Shown: positions 1 to 8,171, counted from the first letter of the stretch. The stretch: 30,476 nucleotides of DNA from a virus (IMGVR_UViG_2802429234_000002); one strand, 5' to 3'. A program made the numbers and translations. Notes: a model not told the origin generated them from the sequence alone.

Positions 1-798
1 TTAGAACATCACCTTATGACCATATTGCTCAAGAATCCCTTTTACGCGCTCCATGGTTTCTTTTTTCGGTGGTTTCACACCGTCGAGTTTGTACTCTTCG
101 CCCATCGCCACCCACTTATGTTTGCCTAACTCATGGTAGGGGAGGAGCTCGATTTTTTCGACGTTACCCATATCGCGAGTAAATTCACCGAGGCGATGAG
201 CTGAATCGTCATCGTCAGACCAGCCAGGTACTACGACATAACGTATCCAGACTTTCACATTTTTGTTCGCCAGATATTTAGCAAACTCGAGTGTACGATG
301 GTTGGAAACGCCCACCAGATTCTGGTGGATTTCGTCGTTCATCTGTTTGAGATCAAGCATTACCAGGTCGGTCACTTCCAGCAGTTCATCAATTACTGGA
401 TCGTAACGACGAACAAAACCGTTAGTGTCCAGACAGGTATGAATGCCTTCTTTTTTGCAGGCGCGGAACCAGTCGCGAACGAACTCGGCTTGCAGGATTG
501 CTTCACCGCCGGATGCGGTAACGCCGCCGCCGGAAGCGTTCATAAAGTGGCGATAGGTCACCACTTCCTTCATTAAATCTTCAACGGTAACTTCTTTACC
601 GCCATGCGTGTCCCAGGTGTCGCGGTTATGACAATACAGGCAGCGCATCAGGCAGCCCTGGAAAAAGGTGATAAAGCGAATACCTGGACCGTCTACGGTT
701 CCACAGGATTCAAAGGAGTGAATGCGACCAATAACTGACTTGGTAGCCCCCGCCGCAGCGGTATTTTCTGTTGTATTACAATTAGTTAAATTACTCAT
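1..798 (-). CDS. pflA: Pyruvate formate-lyase activating enzyme (radical SAM), host gene; the ORF as drawn carries a 19-codon N-terminal extension relative to the PflA N-terminus I recall ([11 protein letters not shown]...)
   Basis: 265-aa ORF with radical-SAM CX3CX2C motif (CLMRCLYC) and glycine-rich stretch [10 protein letters not shown]; sequence recognised from memory as enterobacterial PflA; stop codon at 1-3; the codon at the recalled start position (739-741) is AAG. Confidence 0.9.
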   Translation of the reverse strand: MSNLTNCNTTENTAAAGATKSVIGRIHSFESCGTVDGPGIRFITFFQGCLMRCLYCHNRDTWDTHGGKEVTVEDLMKEVVTYRHFMNASGGGVTASGGEAILQAEFVRDWFRACKKEGIHTCLDTNGFVRRYDPVIDELLEVTDLVMLDLKQMNDEIHQNLVGVSNHRTLEFAKYLANKNVKVWIRYVVVPGWSDDDDSAHRLGEFTRDMGNVEKIELLPYHELGKHKWVAMGEEYKLDGVKPPKKETMERVKGILEQYGHKVMF

Positions 799-829
799 AT
801 CGCTTCAATTGGCTCTAGTTAACTCTGGT

Positions 830-1825
830 TTATGGACGCATTATGGACATTCCTGACACCGGGTTAAGAGTCACAGCATCTTGTAAGAAATCCGGTGCAA
901 AGTGTGCGTAGGTCATAGTTTGCTGAATGTTAGAATGACCCAGGATGCGCTGCAATGTGATTATGTTACCTCCATTCATTATAAAATGTGTGGCAAATGT
1001 ATGCCTCAAAACATGCACTGCCTGTCCGTCAGGTAAATCGGGTTTTACTTCCCTGAGAGCGTTGCGCACTTTGTAGTAACTGGCATTAAAAAGCCTGCCA
1101 GAATTTTTGGTTTTGATCCGTTTAATCAAGTCCTGCGAAACGGGAATTGTCCTGCGCTTTCCGTTTTTGGTTTTCATAAACGTAACCATTTGGTTAATGA
1201 TGTGTTCAGCTTTTAAATTAGACACTTCACTCCAGCGTCCACCAGTAGAAAGGCAGACCAGAGTCGCATTTAATTCATCACCATCAAGCATGGATAGCAG
1301 CCGCGTAATCTCTTCACTGGACAAAAAAGCCATTTCCGTAACAGCTTCACGTAACCGCTTCACCTCACGGAACGGGTTGTGAGAGTGATATTCACCGGCG
1401 TCAATTAACTTGGTGAACATCCCGCTCATTATTGCCAGATGCCGATTTACGCTGGCTGGTTTTAGACCGTCGTTCATCATTACAACGCGATAATCAGTTA
1501 TCGTTTTCTTTGTTAGCTGGTCCGCCCTGGACACTCCCATCTCAGCAAATTTGGCAATTATTGTCGTCAAACGCCCCCGTTCAATATCTCCACGCTCATG
1601 TGATTTTCCGTGATATATCCACCATCTGCCTAACAACTCTGTAAGAGTTCGGCGGTCGGCCGGCTTCTCCAACCACTCTTTGTTGTGGTAGTTAACCAGG
1701 ACATGACGCTCGAATGCCTGGGCTTCACCTTTAGTTTTAAATTTCCGCCTGATACGTTTTCCATCTGCACCCTGCGGCCTGACGTCCACTTCATAACGAC
1801 CATCATCGAGCTTTTTAATAGACAT
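830..1825 (-). CDS. int: Tyrosine recombinase / phage integrase (P2 Int-like)
   Basis: 331-aa ORF; N-terminus MSIKKLDDGRYEVD resembles P2 Int; C-terminal catalytic region HVLRHTFATHF...ITLQRILGHSNIQQTMTYAH carries the R...HxxR...Y tyrosine-recombinase signature; first gene of the prophage next to the host junction. Confidence 0.93.
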   Translation of the reverse strand: MSIKKLDDGRYEVDVRPQGADGKRIRRKFKTKGEAQAFERHVLVNYHNKEWLEKPADRRTLTELLGRWWIYHGKSHERGDIERGRLTTIIAKFAEMGVSRADQLTKKTITDYRVVMMNDGLKPASVNRHLAIMSGMFTKLIDAGEYHSHNPFREVKRLREAVTEMAFLSSEEITRLLSMLDGDELNATLVCLSTGGRWSEVSNLKAEHIINQMVTFMKTKNGKRRTIPVSQDLIKRIKTKNSGRLFNASYYKVRNALREVKPDLPDGQAVHVLRHTFATHFIMNGGNIITLQRILGHSNIQQTMTYAHFAPDFLQDAVTLNPVSGMSIMRP

Positions 1826-1918
1826 AAAGCCCTCCGATGACGCTGTTTACTTCTACTACTTGAAAATTAATGCAATTTTCTTTCGTACATTTACTGCACA
1901 CATATGCTGAATAAATCG

Positions 1919-2218
1919 TCAGCCAGTCTTTTGGTCTGAGTGGTGCAAGGTTGTTGAGTCTTGCCCAATGTGTGCGAGCGCCGGGGCTATTTGTCCGGCA
2001 GCGGGATCTGTCTCATCAAACATGAACCAGTCACGGTATTTTCTGAACCTTTCTACTTTAAAAAACTTCTTAGCATTTTCTAGGGACATCATAGCCTTAC
2101 CTGATTCATAACCTGCATATGTGGTGTAGTTGATGCCAGCTAGTTCAGCTACCTCCTTCATTTTCAGACGTTCAGACTCACGGATAAGCTTCAAACGTTC
2201 GCTAGTGTCAGTTGACAT
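1919..2218 (-). CDS. C: Immunity repressor C (P2 C-like); start taken at the internal ATG giving 99 aa
   Basis: HTH-containing small protein upstream of int on the same strand; C-terminal GQIAPALAH motif resembles P2 C as recalled; divergent from cox. The track ORF extends to 2269 but P2 C is 99 aa. Confidence 0.8.
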   Translation of the reverse strand: MSTDTSERLKLIRESERLKMKEVAELAGINYTTYAGYESGKAMMSLENAKKFFKVERFRKYRDWFMFDETDPAAGQIAPALAHIGQDSTTLHHSDQKTG

Positions 2219-2321
2219 AAATTCTCTAACCTCGTATTCTTTTGCATAGTTGATATGATTTATCAGCATCTAACGACTCTAAATCGCTCTAGATCGCTGA
2301 CATCAATGTGAGGATAGCAAA
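2219..2321. promoter_or_regulatory. Lysis-lysogeny switch region (face-to-face Pe/Pc promoters and probable C operator)
   Basis: 103-bp divergent intergenic region between C and cox; contains two overlapping 12-bp direct repeats CTCTA[A/G]ATCGCT at 2277-2288 and 2287-2298, spaced one helical turn apart; P2 C is known to bind direct repeats. Confidence 0.5.
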
Positions 2322-2678
2322 ATGAATGTCGGATCTGAAATTTGTGACGAGAAAAGACAAGAAGTTTCTGCTCTTAAAAAAAACAAGCGTGATTCCATTA
2401 AGTTGGCTGCGGATCCGTCAGATTTACTGTCGAAAGAGGGTTTTGCTCTTTACATCGGTAAGACTCCTCGTGCGGTGGCTGAAATGGCACGAGCTGGAAA
2501 GCTGCCAGCATTCTATATGACAGACCCGTTAAAGCCGGGCGGTCACGCTGAGTTATGGATTAATCGTCGTGAGTGGGACAAATATGCAGCTCAACTAGTC
2601 GATGAAGCTCCGACAGAATGGCATGACTGGAAGAACCGCATAAGTTACAGCAAATCCAGACATGGCCACGCGGCCTAA
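2322..2678 (+). CDS. cox: Cox-like excisionase / early transcriptional regulator
   Basis: First rightward gene after the switch region; SD GAGGA upstream; positional equivalent of P2 cox; motif MTDP...WINRREW reminiscent of the Cox/Apl family; 118 aa, longer than P2 Cox (91 aa). Confidence 0.7.
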   Translation: MNVGSEICDEKRQEVSALKKNKRDSIKLAADPSDLLSKEGFALYIGKTPRAVAEMARAGKLPAFYMTDPLKPGGHAELWINRREWDKYAAQLVDEAPTEWHDWKNRISYSKSRHGHAA

Positions 2679-2687
2679 GGAGGAGCC

Positions 2688-3152
2688 ATGAGGCAAGATT
2701 TAAATAAAACATCGGTGACTATCATCAGAGGAAACCTTGAAGATGCATCACCATCTAACAGCCTGACTATTACGTATAGTGAGTTTGCTAATAGTACGAA
2801 AGAATATAAATCAGCCGATGAATTGAGAAAACAAAATATCATTTTGGATAATGATGAACTTGTTTTTATTAGTTCAGATGGTGATGAAGAAATTCTACGG
2901 CTGAATTTGAAATCTTTATTTCATGACTCTTTTTTGCGCATTAAATATGAATGCGTTGGTATGACCGTTCAAGAGCGCATGGAACTCGCTAAGGCTCTTC
3001 GTGAAACGATAATTTCTAAATCAGGCGATATAAATAGTATTAAATGGTCAATAGGGCTTGATGACTGGAAAAGTATTTTTGACATGATGACGCATCCGTA
3101 TAAACAGCATACGGATGCAAGATGCTATTTTAAAAATGATTTATATCAATAA
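2688..3152 (+). CDS. Hypothetical protein, 154 aa, no recognisable family; low-GC moron
   Basis: ATG 9 bp after the cox stop with strong SD (AAGGAGG); G+C about 37% by manual count of 2688-2759; not part of the P2 gene set I recall. Confidence 0.65.
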   Translation: MRQDLNKTSVTIIRGNLEDASPSNSLTITYSEFANSTKEYKSADELRKQNIILDNDELVFISSDGDEEILRLNLKSLFHDSFLRIKYECVGMTVQERMELAKALRETIISKSGDINSIKWSIGLDDWKSIFDMMTHPYKQHTDARCYFKNDLYQ

Positions 3153-3324
3153 AGCCTTTGAGTTGGACTGGCTTTTTAGGGTGAATGATCTCTCTTAATT
3201 GAATAGTTAATTCATCCACTTTTTTAGCGTCCTCAAAATCTCCCATTGGAGTTGGTAGGGTATTTGCTAATGCAACCGCTTTTTCGAGAGTGGTTATAAG
3301 TTCGTCAATATTTTGATTATTCAT
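3130..3324 (-). CDS. Hypothetical protein, 64 aa, no recognisable family; convergent with and overlapping the 154-aa ORF
   Basis: ATG at 3322-3324 preceded by SD GAGGT with about 5-nt spacer (minus strand); low GC; 3' end overlaps the 3' end of the 154-aa ORF by 23 bp. Confidence 0.5.
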   Translation of the reverse strand: MNNQNIDELITTLEKAVALANTLPTPMGDFEDAKKVDELTIQLREIIHPKKPVQLKGFIDINHF

Positions 3325-3424
3325 TTATTACCTCGCTTGTGGTTGGTTGTTTTTGGCGATTCGATCTTACCACAAGACCATGTGCCGGACATGGCTAAAA
3401 ACCGGCTCTGTTTCAGGAGGAGTT

Positions 3425-3595
3425 ATGCAGGAACCTCGTTGTATTGCTCAGTTATTGCGTAACGAAAGCCCTAGGGCGATTGACTTCACCATCACCCACG
3501 GGAAAGGACGCAAGGGAATCATTATCCGCACCAAAAAACAGAGTTCGTTAAAGAAGGCTCTGACCTTTCTGAAAAGCCGGAGGGTCTGGAAATGA
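3425..3595 (+). CDS. Small early protein, positional equivalent of P2 orf78; start set at the SD-preceded internal ATG
   Basis: AGGAGG at 3415-3420 followed by ATG 3425; stop overlaps the start of the next gene (ATGA at 3592-3595); track ORF begins at 3347. Confidence 0.55.
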   Translation: MQEPRCIAQLLRNESPRAIDFTITHGKGRKGIIIRTKKQSSLKKALTFLKSRRVWK

Positions 3596-4092
3596 CAGTG
3601 ATGACGCTTAATCTCGTTGAAAAACAGCCAGCAGCTATGCGCCGGATAATTGGTAAGCATCTGGCCGTCCCTCGCTGGCAGGATACATGTGATTATTATA
3701 ATCAGATGATGGAACGCGAACGGCTAACGGTTTGCTTTCATGCGCAGTTAAAACAGCGTCACGCAACGATGCGTTTTGAAGAAATGAACGACGTCGAACG
3801 TGAACGGCTGGTTTGTGCAATTGATGAATTGCGCGGGGCATTCTCAAAACGCCGTCAGGTTGGCGCAAGTGAGTATGCATATATTAGTTTTTTAACAGTC
3901 AGTCAGCGTCGCACTTTATTTATGCACGCACGGCTGACAGAAAAAGAATTTAACCAGCCATACTGGCGAATTAATGAAGAGTCATGTTACTGGCGTGATG
4001 CTTTATTCCGTGCATTACGTGAATTATTCAGTCTGTTTGAGTATGCACCGACAATTCTGACGTCGGTAAAACCAGAGCAATATCTGCATTAA
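3592..4092 (+). CDS. B: Putative replication protein B-like (166 aa)
   Basis: 166-aa ORF translationally coupled to the upstream small gene; position and length match what I recall for P2 gene B; no motif confirmation. Confidence 0.5.
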   Translation: MTVMTLNLVEKQPAAMRRIIGKHLAVPRWQDTCDYYNQMMERERLTVCFHAQLKQRHATMRFEEMNDVERERLVCAIDELRGAFSKRRQVGASEYAYISFLTVSQRRTLFMHARLTEKEFNQPYWRINEESCYWRDALFRALRELFSLFEYAPTILTSVKPEQYLH

Positions 4093-4155
4093 GTAATTAA
4101 CCAAAGTTTTTAACGCACTTAATCGTGCGGGGCTTCTTTTTGCCTGGAGAAAGTC

Positions 4156-4368
4156 ATGCATACAGTTTCTGAAAATCAGTGCGGTAAATACGCATTAATG
4201 CTGCAACAGGCCAGAACCGAAGCACAGGCTGACGCAGCAACGCGCTTCTCTTCTCATCTTGACGCCATGATTCGCCACATCACAAAGGCGGAGTTATCCC
4301 GCGTGGAGATAGTCGAGTTGCTCAGTCAGGAGTCTGCCAAATTCCATAATCTAGGACTCAATAAATAA
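4156..4368 (+). CDS. Small early protein (hypothetical), P2 orf80-region equivalent
   Basis: 70-aa ORF with SD GGAGA upstream; in the run of small ORFs between B and A. Confidence 0.55.
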   Translation: MHTVSENQCGKYALMLQQARTEAQADAATRFSSHLDAMIRHITKAELSRVEIVELLSQESAKFHNLGLNK

Positions 4369-4382
4369 CAGGAAAGTTGGAA

Positions 4383-4628
4383 ATGACAAATACAAAATGG
4401 TTCAGGAAACGCTTAACAGATTATCAACTTTCATTACTTAAAAAATTAGATGACAAGACTCCACTACATCCTTCAAGCGATGTCTTCCGCTCCTGGCCTA
4501 GCCGTGTGGAAAAAACATTTATAGCAATGGGGAAATGGGGACTTGTGACCAAATCAAGAGAAGGTTTCTGTATTACCGATAATGGCCGGGAAATGATTGA
4601 TTCTGCGGAGAGGGCATACAGCGAATGA
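4383..4628 (+). CDS. Small early protein (hypothetical), 81 aa from ATG 4383
   Basis: SD-like CAGGAAAG upstream; track ORF starts at TTG 4377; stop overlaps the next start (ATGA at 4625). Confidence 0.55.
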   Translation: MTNTKWFRKRLTDYQLSLLKKLDDKTPLHPSSDVFRSWPSRVEKTFIAMGKWGLVTKSREGFCITDNGREMIDSAERAYSE

Positions 4629-4915
4629 AAAATATATTGCTTAATAACTGGCTGAAGATTTCAGTTATGAAAAACGGTGATTTGTCGCTAGCTGATATTA
4701 AACGCGATAAAAACACTGGGGATATGGTGGAATCAACTATAGCCATTTATGCGGATAAATTAAACCTCCTGTCTGATGTGGTCAATTTACTTGTTAAACG
4801 CGCTGTATTCCACAAGCAAATTTCCTCCGTGGATGAACTGACGAAATTAACGACAGAAATCACCAGCTATTGCGCTGATGAATTTAAAAACCTTAACGAC
4901 AAAAGGAACTGGTAA
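4625..4915 (+). CDS. Hypothetical protein, 96 aa, AT-rich
   Basis: Translationally coupled at both ends (ATGA at 4625, TAATG at 4913-4917); visibly AT-rich coding sequence. Confidence 0.5.
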   Translation: MKNILLNNWLKISVMKNGDLSLADIKRDKNTGDMVESTIAIYADKLNLLSDVVNLLVKRAVFHKQISSVDELTKLTTEITSYCADEFKNLNDKRNW

Positions 4916-5139
4916 TGCCGGACAACGTAGATTTTATTCAGGAACAACAGGCTGAATTACTGGAGCGCCAGATTAACGCGGCAAGGGTAAAACATTGCGG
5001 TGCTTCTGCGCTGGTTTGCGAAGAGTGTGATGCACCAATACCTGCTGCCCGTCGTGCGGCTTATCCGTCAGCCACGCGTTGTGTTTCCTGTCAGTCAGTC
5101 TTTGAAGCAAAAAACAAACATTACCGGAGAACGGCATGA
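4915..5139 (+). CDS. C4-type zinc-finger protein (TraR/DksA-like)
   Basis: 74 aa with CxxC...CxxC (HCGASALVCEECDAP ... RCVSCQ); positional equivalent of the zinc-finger ORF in the P2 B-A interval. Confidence 0.65.
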   Translation: MPDNVDFIQEQQAELLERQINAARVKHCGASALVCEECDAPIPAARRAAYPSATRCVSCQSVFEAKNKHYRRTA

Positions 5140-5411
5140 GTATTCGTATTGAAATTGGCGAACGTTATGTCGTTACCAGTGACAGCTTTCAGTTTATTCT
5201 CCACGAGAAAAAGAGAGCGGAAAGCGGTAAAAACGCCGGTCAGGAATGGCTGGCGGTGGTTGGTTATTACCCGAAATTAAGCCAGCTCGTTTCCGGCCTG
5301 ATGCATCACGATATTCTGACCGGAAGCGCAAAGTCTTTTGCTGATTTAAACGCGCAGGTTGAGCAACTCAGCAGGCGTTGTTCAGAGGCTTTTGGCTCAT
5401 ATGGCCGTTAA
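5136..5411 (+). CDS. Small early protein (hypothetical)
   Basis: 91-aa ORF with SD GGAGA upstream; overlaps the start of A. Confidence 0.55.
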   Translation: MSIRIEIGERYVVTSDSFQFILHEKKRAESGKNAGQEWLAVVGYYPKLSQLVSGLMHHDILTGSAKSFADLNAQVEQLSRRCSEAFGSYGR

Positions 5412-7677
5412 AGCCTCCGGGCGTTTTGTCCCTCCGTCAGCATTTACCGCAGGCACCGGTAAGGCGTTTACCGGTGCTTATGCATGGAACGCGCCACGCG
5501 AGGCTGTCGGGCGCGAAAGACCCCTTACACGTGACGAGATACGTCAGGTGCAAGGTGTTTTATCCACGATTAACCGCCTGCCTTACTTTTTGCGTTCGCT
5601 GTTTACTTCACGCTATGACTACATCCGGCGCAATAAAAGCCCGGTGCACGGGTTTTATTTCCTCACATCCACTTTTCAGCGTCGTTTATGGCCGCGCATT
5701 GAGCGTGTGAATCAGCGCCATGAAATGAACACCGACGCGTCGTTGCTGTTTCTGGCAGAGCGTGACCACTATGCGCGCCTGCCGGGAATGAATGACAAGG
5801 AGCTGAAAAAGTTTGCCGCCCGTATCTCATCGCAGCTTTTCATGATGTATGAGGAACTCAGCGATGCCTGGGTGGATGCGCATGGCGAAAAAGTATCGCT
5901 GTTTACGGATGAGGCGCAGGCGCATCTGTATGGTCATGTTGCTGGCGCTGCACGTGCTTTCAATATTTCCCCGCTTTACTGGAAAAAATACCGTAAAGGA
6001 CAGATGACCACGAGGCAGGCATATTCTGCCATTGCCCGTCTGTTTAACGATGAGTGGTGGACTCATCAGCTTAAAGGCCAGCGTATGCGCTGGCATGAGG
6101 CGTTATTGATAGCTGTCGGGGAGGTCAATAAAGACCGTTCTCCTTATGCCAGTAAACATGCCATTCGTGATGTGCGTGCGCGCCGTCAGGCAAATCTGGA
6201 GTTTCTTAAATCGTGTGACCTTGAAAACAGGGAAACCGGCGAACGCATCGACCTTATCAGTAAGGTGATGGGCAGTATTTCTAATCCTGAAATTCGCCGG
6301 ATGGAGCTGATGAACACCATTGCCGGTATTGAGCGTTACGCCGCAGCAGAGGGTGATGTGGGGATGTTTATCACGCTGACCACGCCGTCAAAGTATCACC
6401 CGACACGTCAGGTCGGAAAAGGTGAAAGTAAAACCGTCCAGCTAAATCACGGCTGGAACGATGAGGCATTTAATCCAAAGGACGCGCAGCGTTATCTCTG
6501 CCGTATCTGGAGCCTGATGCGCACGGCATTCAAGGATAATGATTTACAGGTCTACGGTTTGCGAGTCGTCGAGCCACACCACGACGGAACGCCGCACTGG
6601 CATATGATGCTTTTTTGTAATCCACGCCAGCGTAACCAGATTATTGAAATCATGCGTCGCTATGCGCTCAAAGAGGATGGCGACGAAAGAGGAGCCGTGC
6701 GAAACCGTTTTCAGGCAAAACACCTTAACCGGGGCGGTGCTGCGGGATATATCGCGAAATACATCTCAAAAAACATCGACGGATATGCACTGGATGGTCA
6801 GCTCGATAACGATACCGGCAGGCCGCTGAAAGACACTGCAGCGGCTGTTACCGCATGGGCGTCAACGTGGCGTATCCCGCAATTTAAAACGGTTGGTCTG
6901 CCGACAATGGGGGCTTACCGTGAACTACGCAAATTGCCTCGTGGCGTCAGCATTGCTGATGAGTTTGACGAACGCGTCGAGGCTGCACGCGCCGCCGCAG
7001 ACAGTGGTGATTTTGCGTTGTATATCAGCGCGCAGGGTGGGGCAAATGTCCCGCGCGATTGTCAGACTGTCAGGGTTGCCCGTAGCCCGTCGGATGACGT
7101 TAACGAGTATGAGGAAGAAGTCGAGAGAGTGGTCGGCATTTACGCGCCGCATCTCGGCGCGCGTCATATTCATATCACCAGAACCACGGACTGGCGCATT
7201 GTGCCGAAAGTTCCTGTCGTTGAGCCTTTGACTTTAAAAAGCGGCATCGCCGCGCCTCGGAGTCCTGTCAATAACTGTGGAAAGCTCACCGGTGGTGATA
7301 CTTCGTTACCGGCTCCCACACCTTCTGAGCACGCCGCAGCAGTGCTTAATCTGGTAGATGACGGTGTTATCGAATGGAGTGACCCGGAGGTCGTGATGGC
7401 GCTCAGGGGCGCATTAAAACACGGACTGAGAACACCAAATCGTCAGCAAAGAAACGGAATCCCGTTAAAACCGCATGAAATTGCACCATCTGCCAGACTG
7501 ACCAGGTCTGAACGATTGCAAATTACCCGTATCCGCGTTGACCTCGCTCAGAACGGTATCAGGCCGCAACGATGGGAGCTTGAGGCGCTGGCGCGTGGCG
7601 CGACCGTAAATTATGACGGGAAAAAATTCACGTATCCGGTTGCTGATGAGTGGCCGGGGTTCTCGTTACCCATTTGA
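5401..7677 (+). CDS. A: Replication initiation protein A (rolling-circle HUH endonuclease)
   Basis: 758 aa from ATG 5401 (N-terminus MAVKASGRF as recalled for P2 A); HUH-type motif PHHDGTPHWHMMLF and tyrosine motif YIAKYISK; track ORF begins at TTG 5359. Confidence 0.9.
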   Translation: MAVKASGRFVPPSAFTAGTGKAFTGAYAWNAPREAVGRERPLTRDEIRQVQGVLSTINRLPYFLRSLFTSRYDYIRRNKSPVHGFYFLTSTFQRRLWPRIERVNQRHEMNTDASLLFLAERDHYARLPGMNDKELKKFAARISSQLFMMYEELSDAWVDAHGEKVSLFTDEAQAHLYGHVAGAARAFNISPLYWKKYRKGQMTTRQAYSAIARLFNDEWWTHQLKGQRMRWHEALLIAVGEVNKDRSPYASKHAIRDVRARRQANLEFLKSCDLENRETGERIDLISKVMGSISNPEIRRMELMNTIAGIERYAAAEGDVGMFITLTTPSKYHPTRQVGKGESKTVQLNHGWNDEAFNPKDAQRYLCRIWSLMRTAFKDNDLQVYGLRVVEPHHDGTPHWHMMLFCNPRQRNQIIEIMRRYALKEDGDERGAVRNRFQAKHLNRGGAAGYIAKYISKNIDGYALDGQLDNDTGRPLKDTAAAVTAWASTWRIPQFKTVGLPTMGAYRELRKLPRGVSIADEFDERVEAARAAADSGDFALYISAQGGANVPRDCQTVRVARSPSDDVNEYEEEVERVVGIYAPHLGARHIHITRTTDWRIVPKVPVVEPLTLKSGIAAPRSPVNNCGKLTGGDTSLPAPTPSEHAAAVLNLVDDGVIEWSDPEVVMALRGALKHGLRTPNRQQRNGIPLKPHEIAPSARLTRSERLQITRIRVDLAQNGIRPQRWELEALARGATVNYDGKKFTYPVADEWPGFSLPI

Positions 7678-7892
7678 GTAAAAACACAACGTGATTTGAT
7701 ATGGCATTGAATGGCTTATGCGGAGCAGTTATGGGGCAGCCGAAGGTCAATAGCATGCTGAATTAGAAGGCTAAATGCTATTGAGTGACTAGCATGTCGG
7801 TAAGGACAGCCGTTTGATCCGGGTCATAAAAGGCCATCCATTTAGTCTAATAAAATCATTGCGGGTAACCTTATGTCGACGCATAATTCGTC

Positions 7893-7907
7893 TTGAGCGA
7901 AGTCTTG
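7893..7907. repeat. Direct repeat copy 1 (TTGAGCGAAGTCTTG)
   Basis: Exact 15-bp match to 8157-8171. Confidence 0.85.
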
Positions 7908-7937
7908 TCAGTCTTTCATCGTATTGATGATGGGCGC

Positions 7938-7967
7938 AAAAAAACCACCCTGGCAGGTGGTTTTTTT
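7938..7967. terminator. Bidirectional rho-independent terminator (A7 - GC hairpin - T7)
   Basis: AAAAAAACCACCCTGGCAGGTGGTTTTTTT; serves the end of A (plus) and the small minus-strand peptide gene. Confidence 0.8.
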
Positions 7968-7979
7968 GTTTGAAGCATA

Positions 7980-8093
7980 TTAAAGCATAATGCTGACATT
8001 GATATTACTGACGTTTACTGACAAACCACTCGGACTACCGTTTGGATAGCCAAAGAGGGCCAGAACGAGAATGCAGTAATAGCATTTCTTCAT
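7980..8093 (-). CDS. Small hydrophobic peptide, 37 aa (MKKCYYCILVLALFGYPNGSPSGLSVNVSNINVSIML)
   Basis: ATG at 8091-8093 preceded by AGGAGG with 4-nt spacer (minus strand); hydrophobic N-terminal segment; terminator immediately downstream; lies where P2 carries tin/old. Confidence 0.4.
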   Translation of the reverse strand: MKKCYYCILVLALFGYPNGSPSGLSVNVSNINVSIML

Positions 8094-8156
8094 ATTGCCT
8101 CCTGTAAGTAGAGGGCAACTTCCACCGGTATATGCGCTTCTTAGGTGGAATGACTT

Positions 8157-8171
8157 TTGAGCGAAGTCTTG
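8157..8171. repeat. Direct repeat copy 2 (TTGAGCGAAGTCTTG)
   Basis: Exact 15-bp match to 7893-7907; the two copies bracket the terminator and the small peptide gene. Confidence 0.85.

Noticed and set aside
298-576. 92-aa plus-strand ORF inside pflA
   Set aside because: Lies entirely antisense within the well-supported pflA coding sequence; no SD noted; typical spurious antisense ORF.
2326-2520. 64-aa alternative-frame ORF inside cox
   Set aside because: Overlaps the better-supported cox frame, which has an SD and P2-like position; no independent signal.
3347-3424. N-terminal extension of the orf78-like ORF (track start at 3347)
   Set aside because: A strong AGGAGG SD precedes the internal ATG at 3425; the upstream part overlaps the likely promoter and leader of the convergent 64-aa gene.
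4114-4141. Short hairpin (CGCAC-TTAATC-GTGCG) followed by a T-rich run between the B-like gene and the next ORF
   Set aside because: Stem of only 5 bp with an interrupted T-run; too weak to call a terminator, possibly a partial attenuator.
5359-5400. Upstream TTG start for gene A
   Set aside because: It is a TTG without a convincing SD; the ATG at 5401 gives the MAVKASGRF N-terminus recalled for P2 A.
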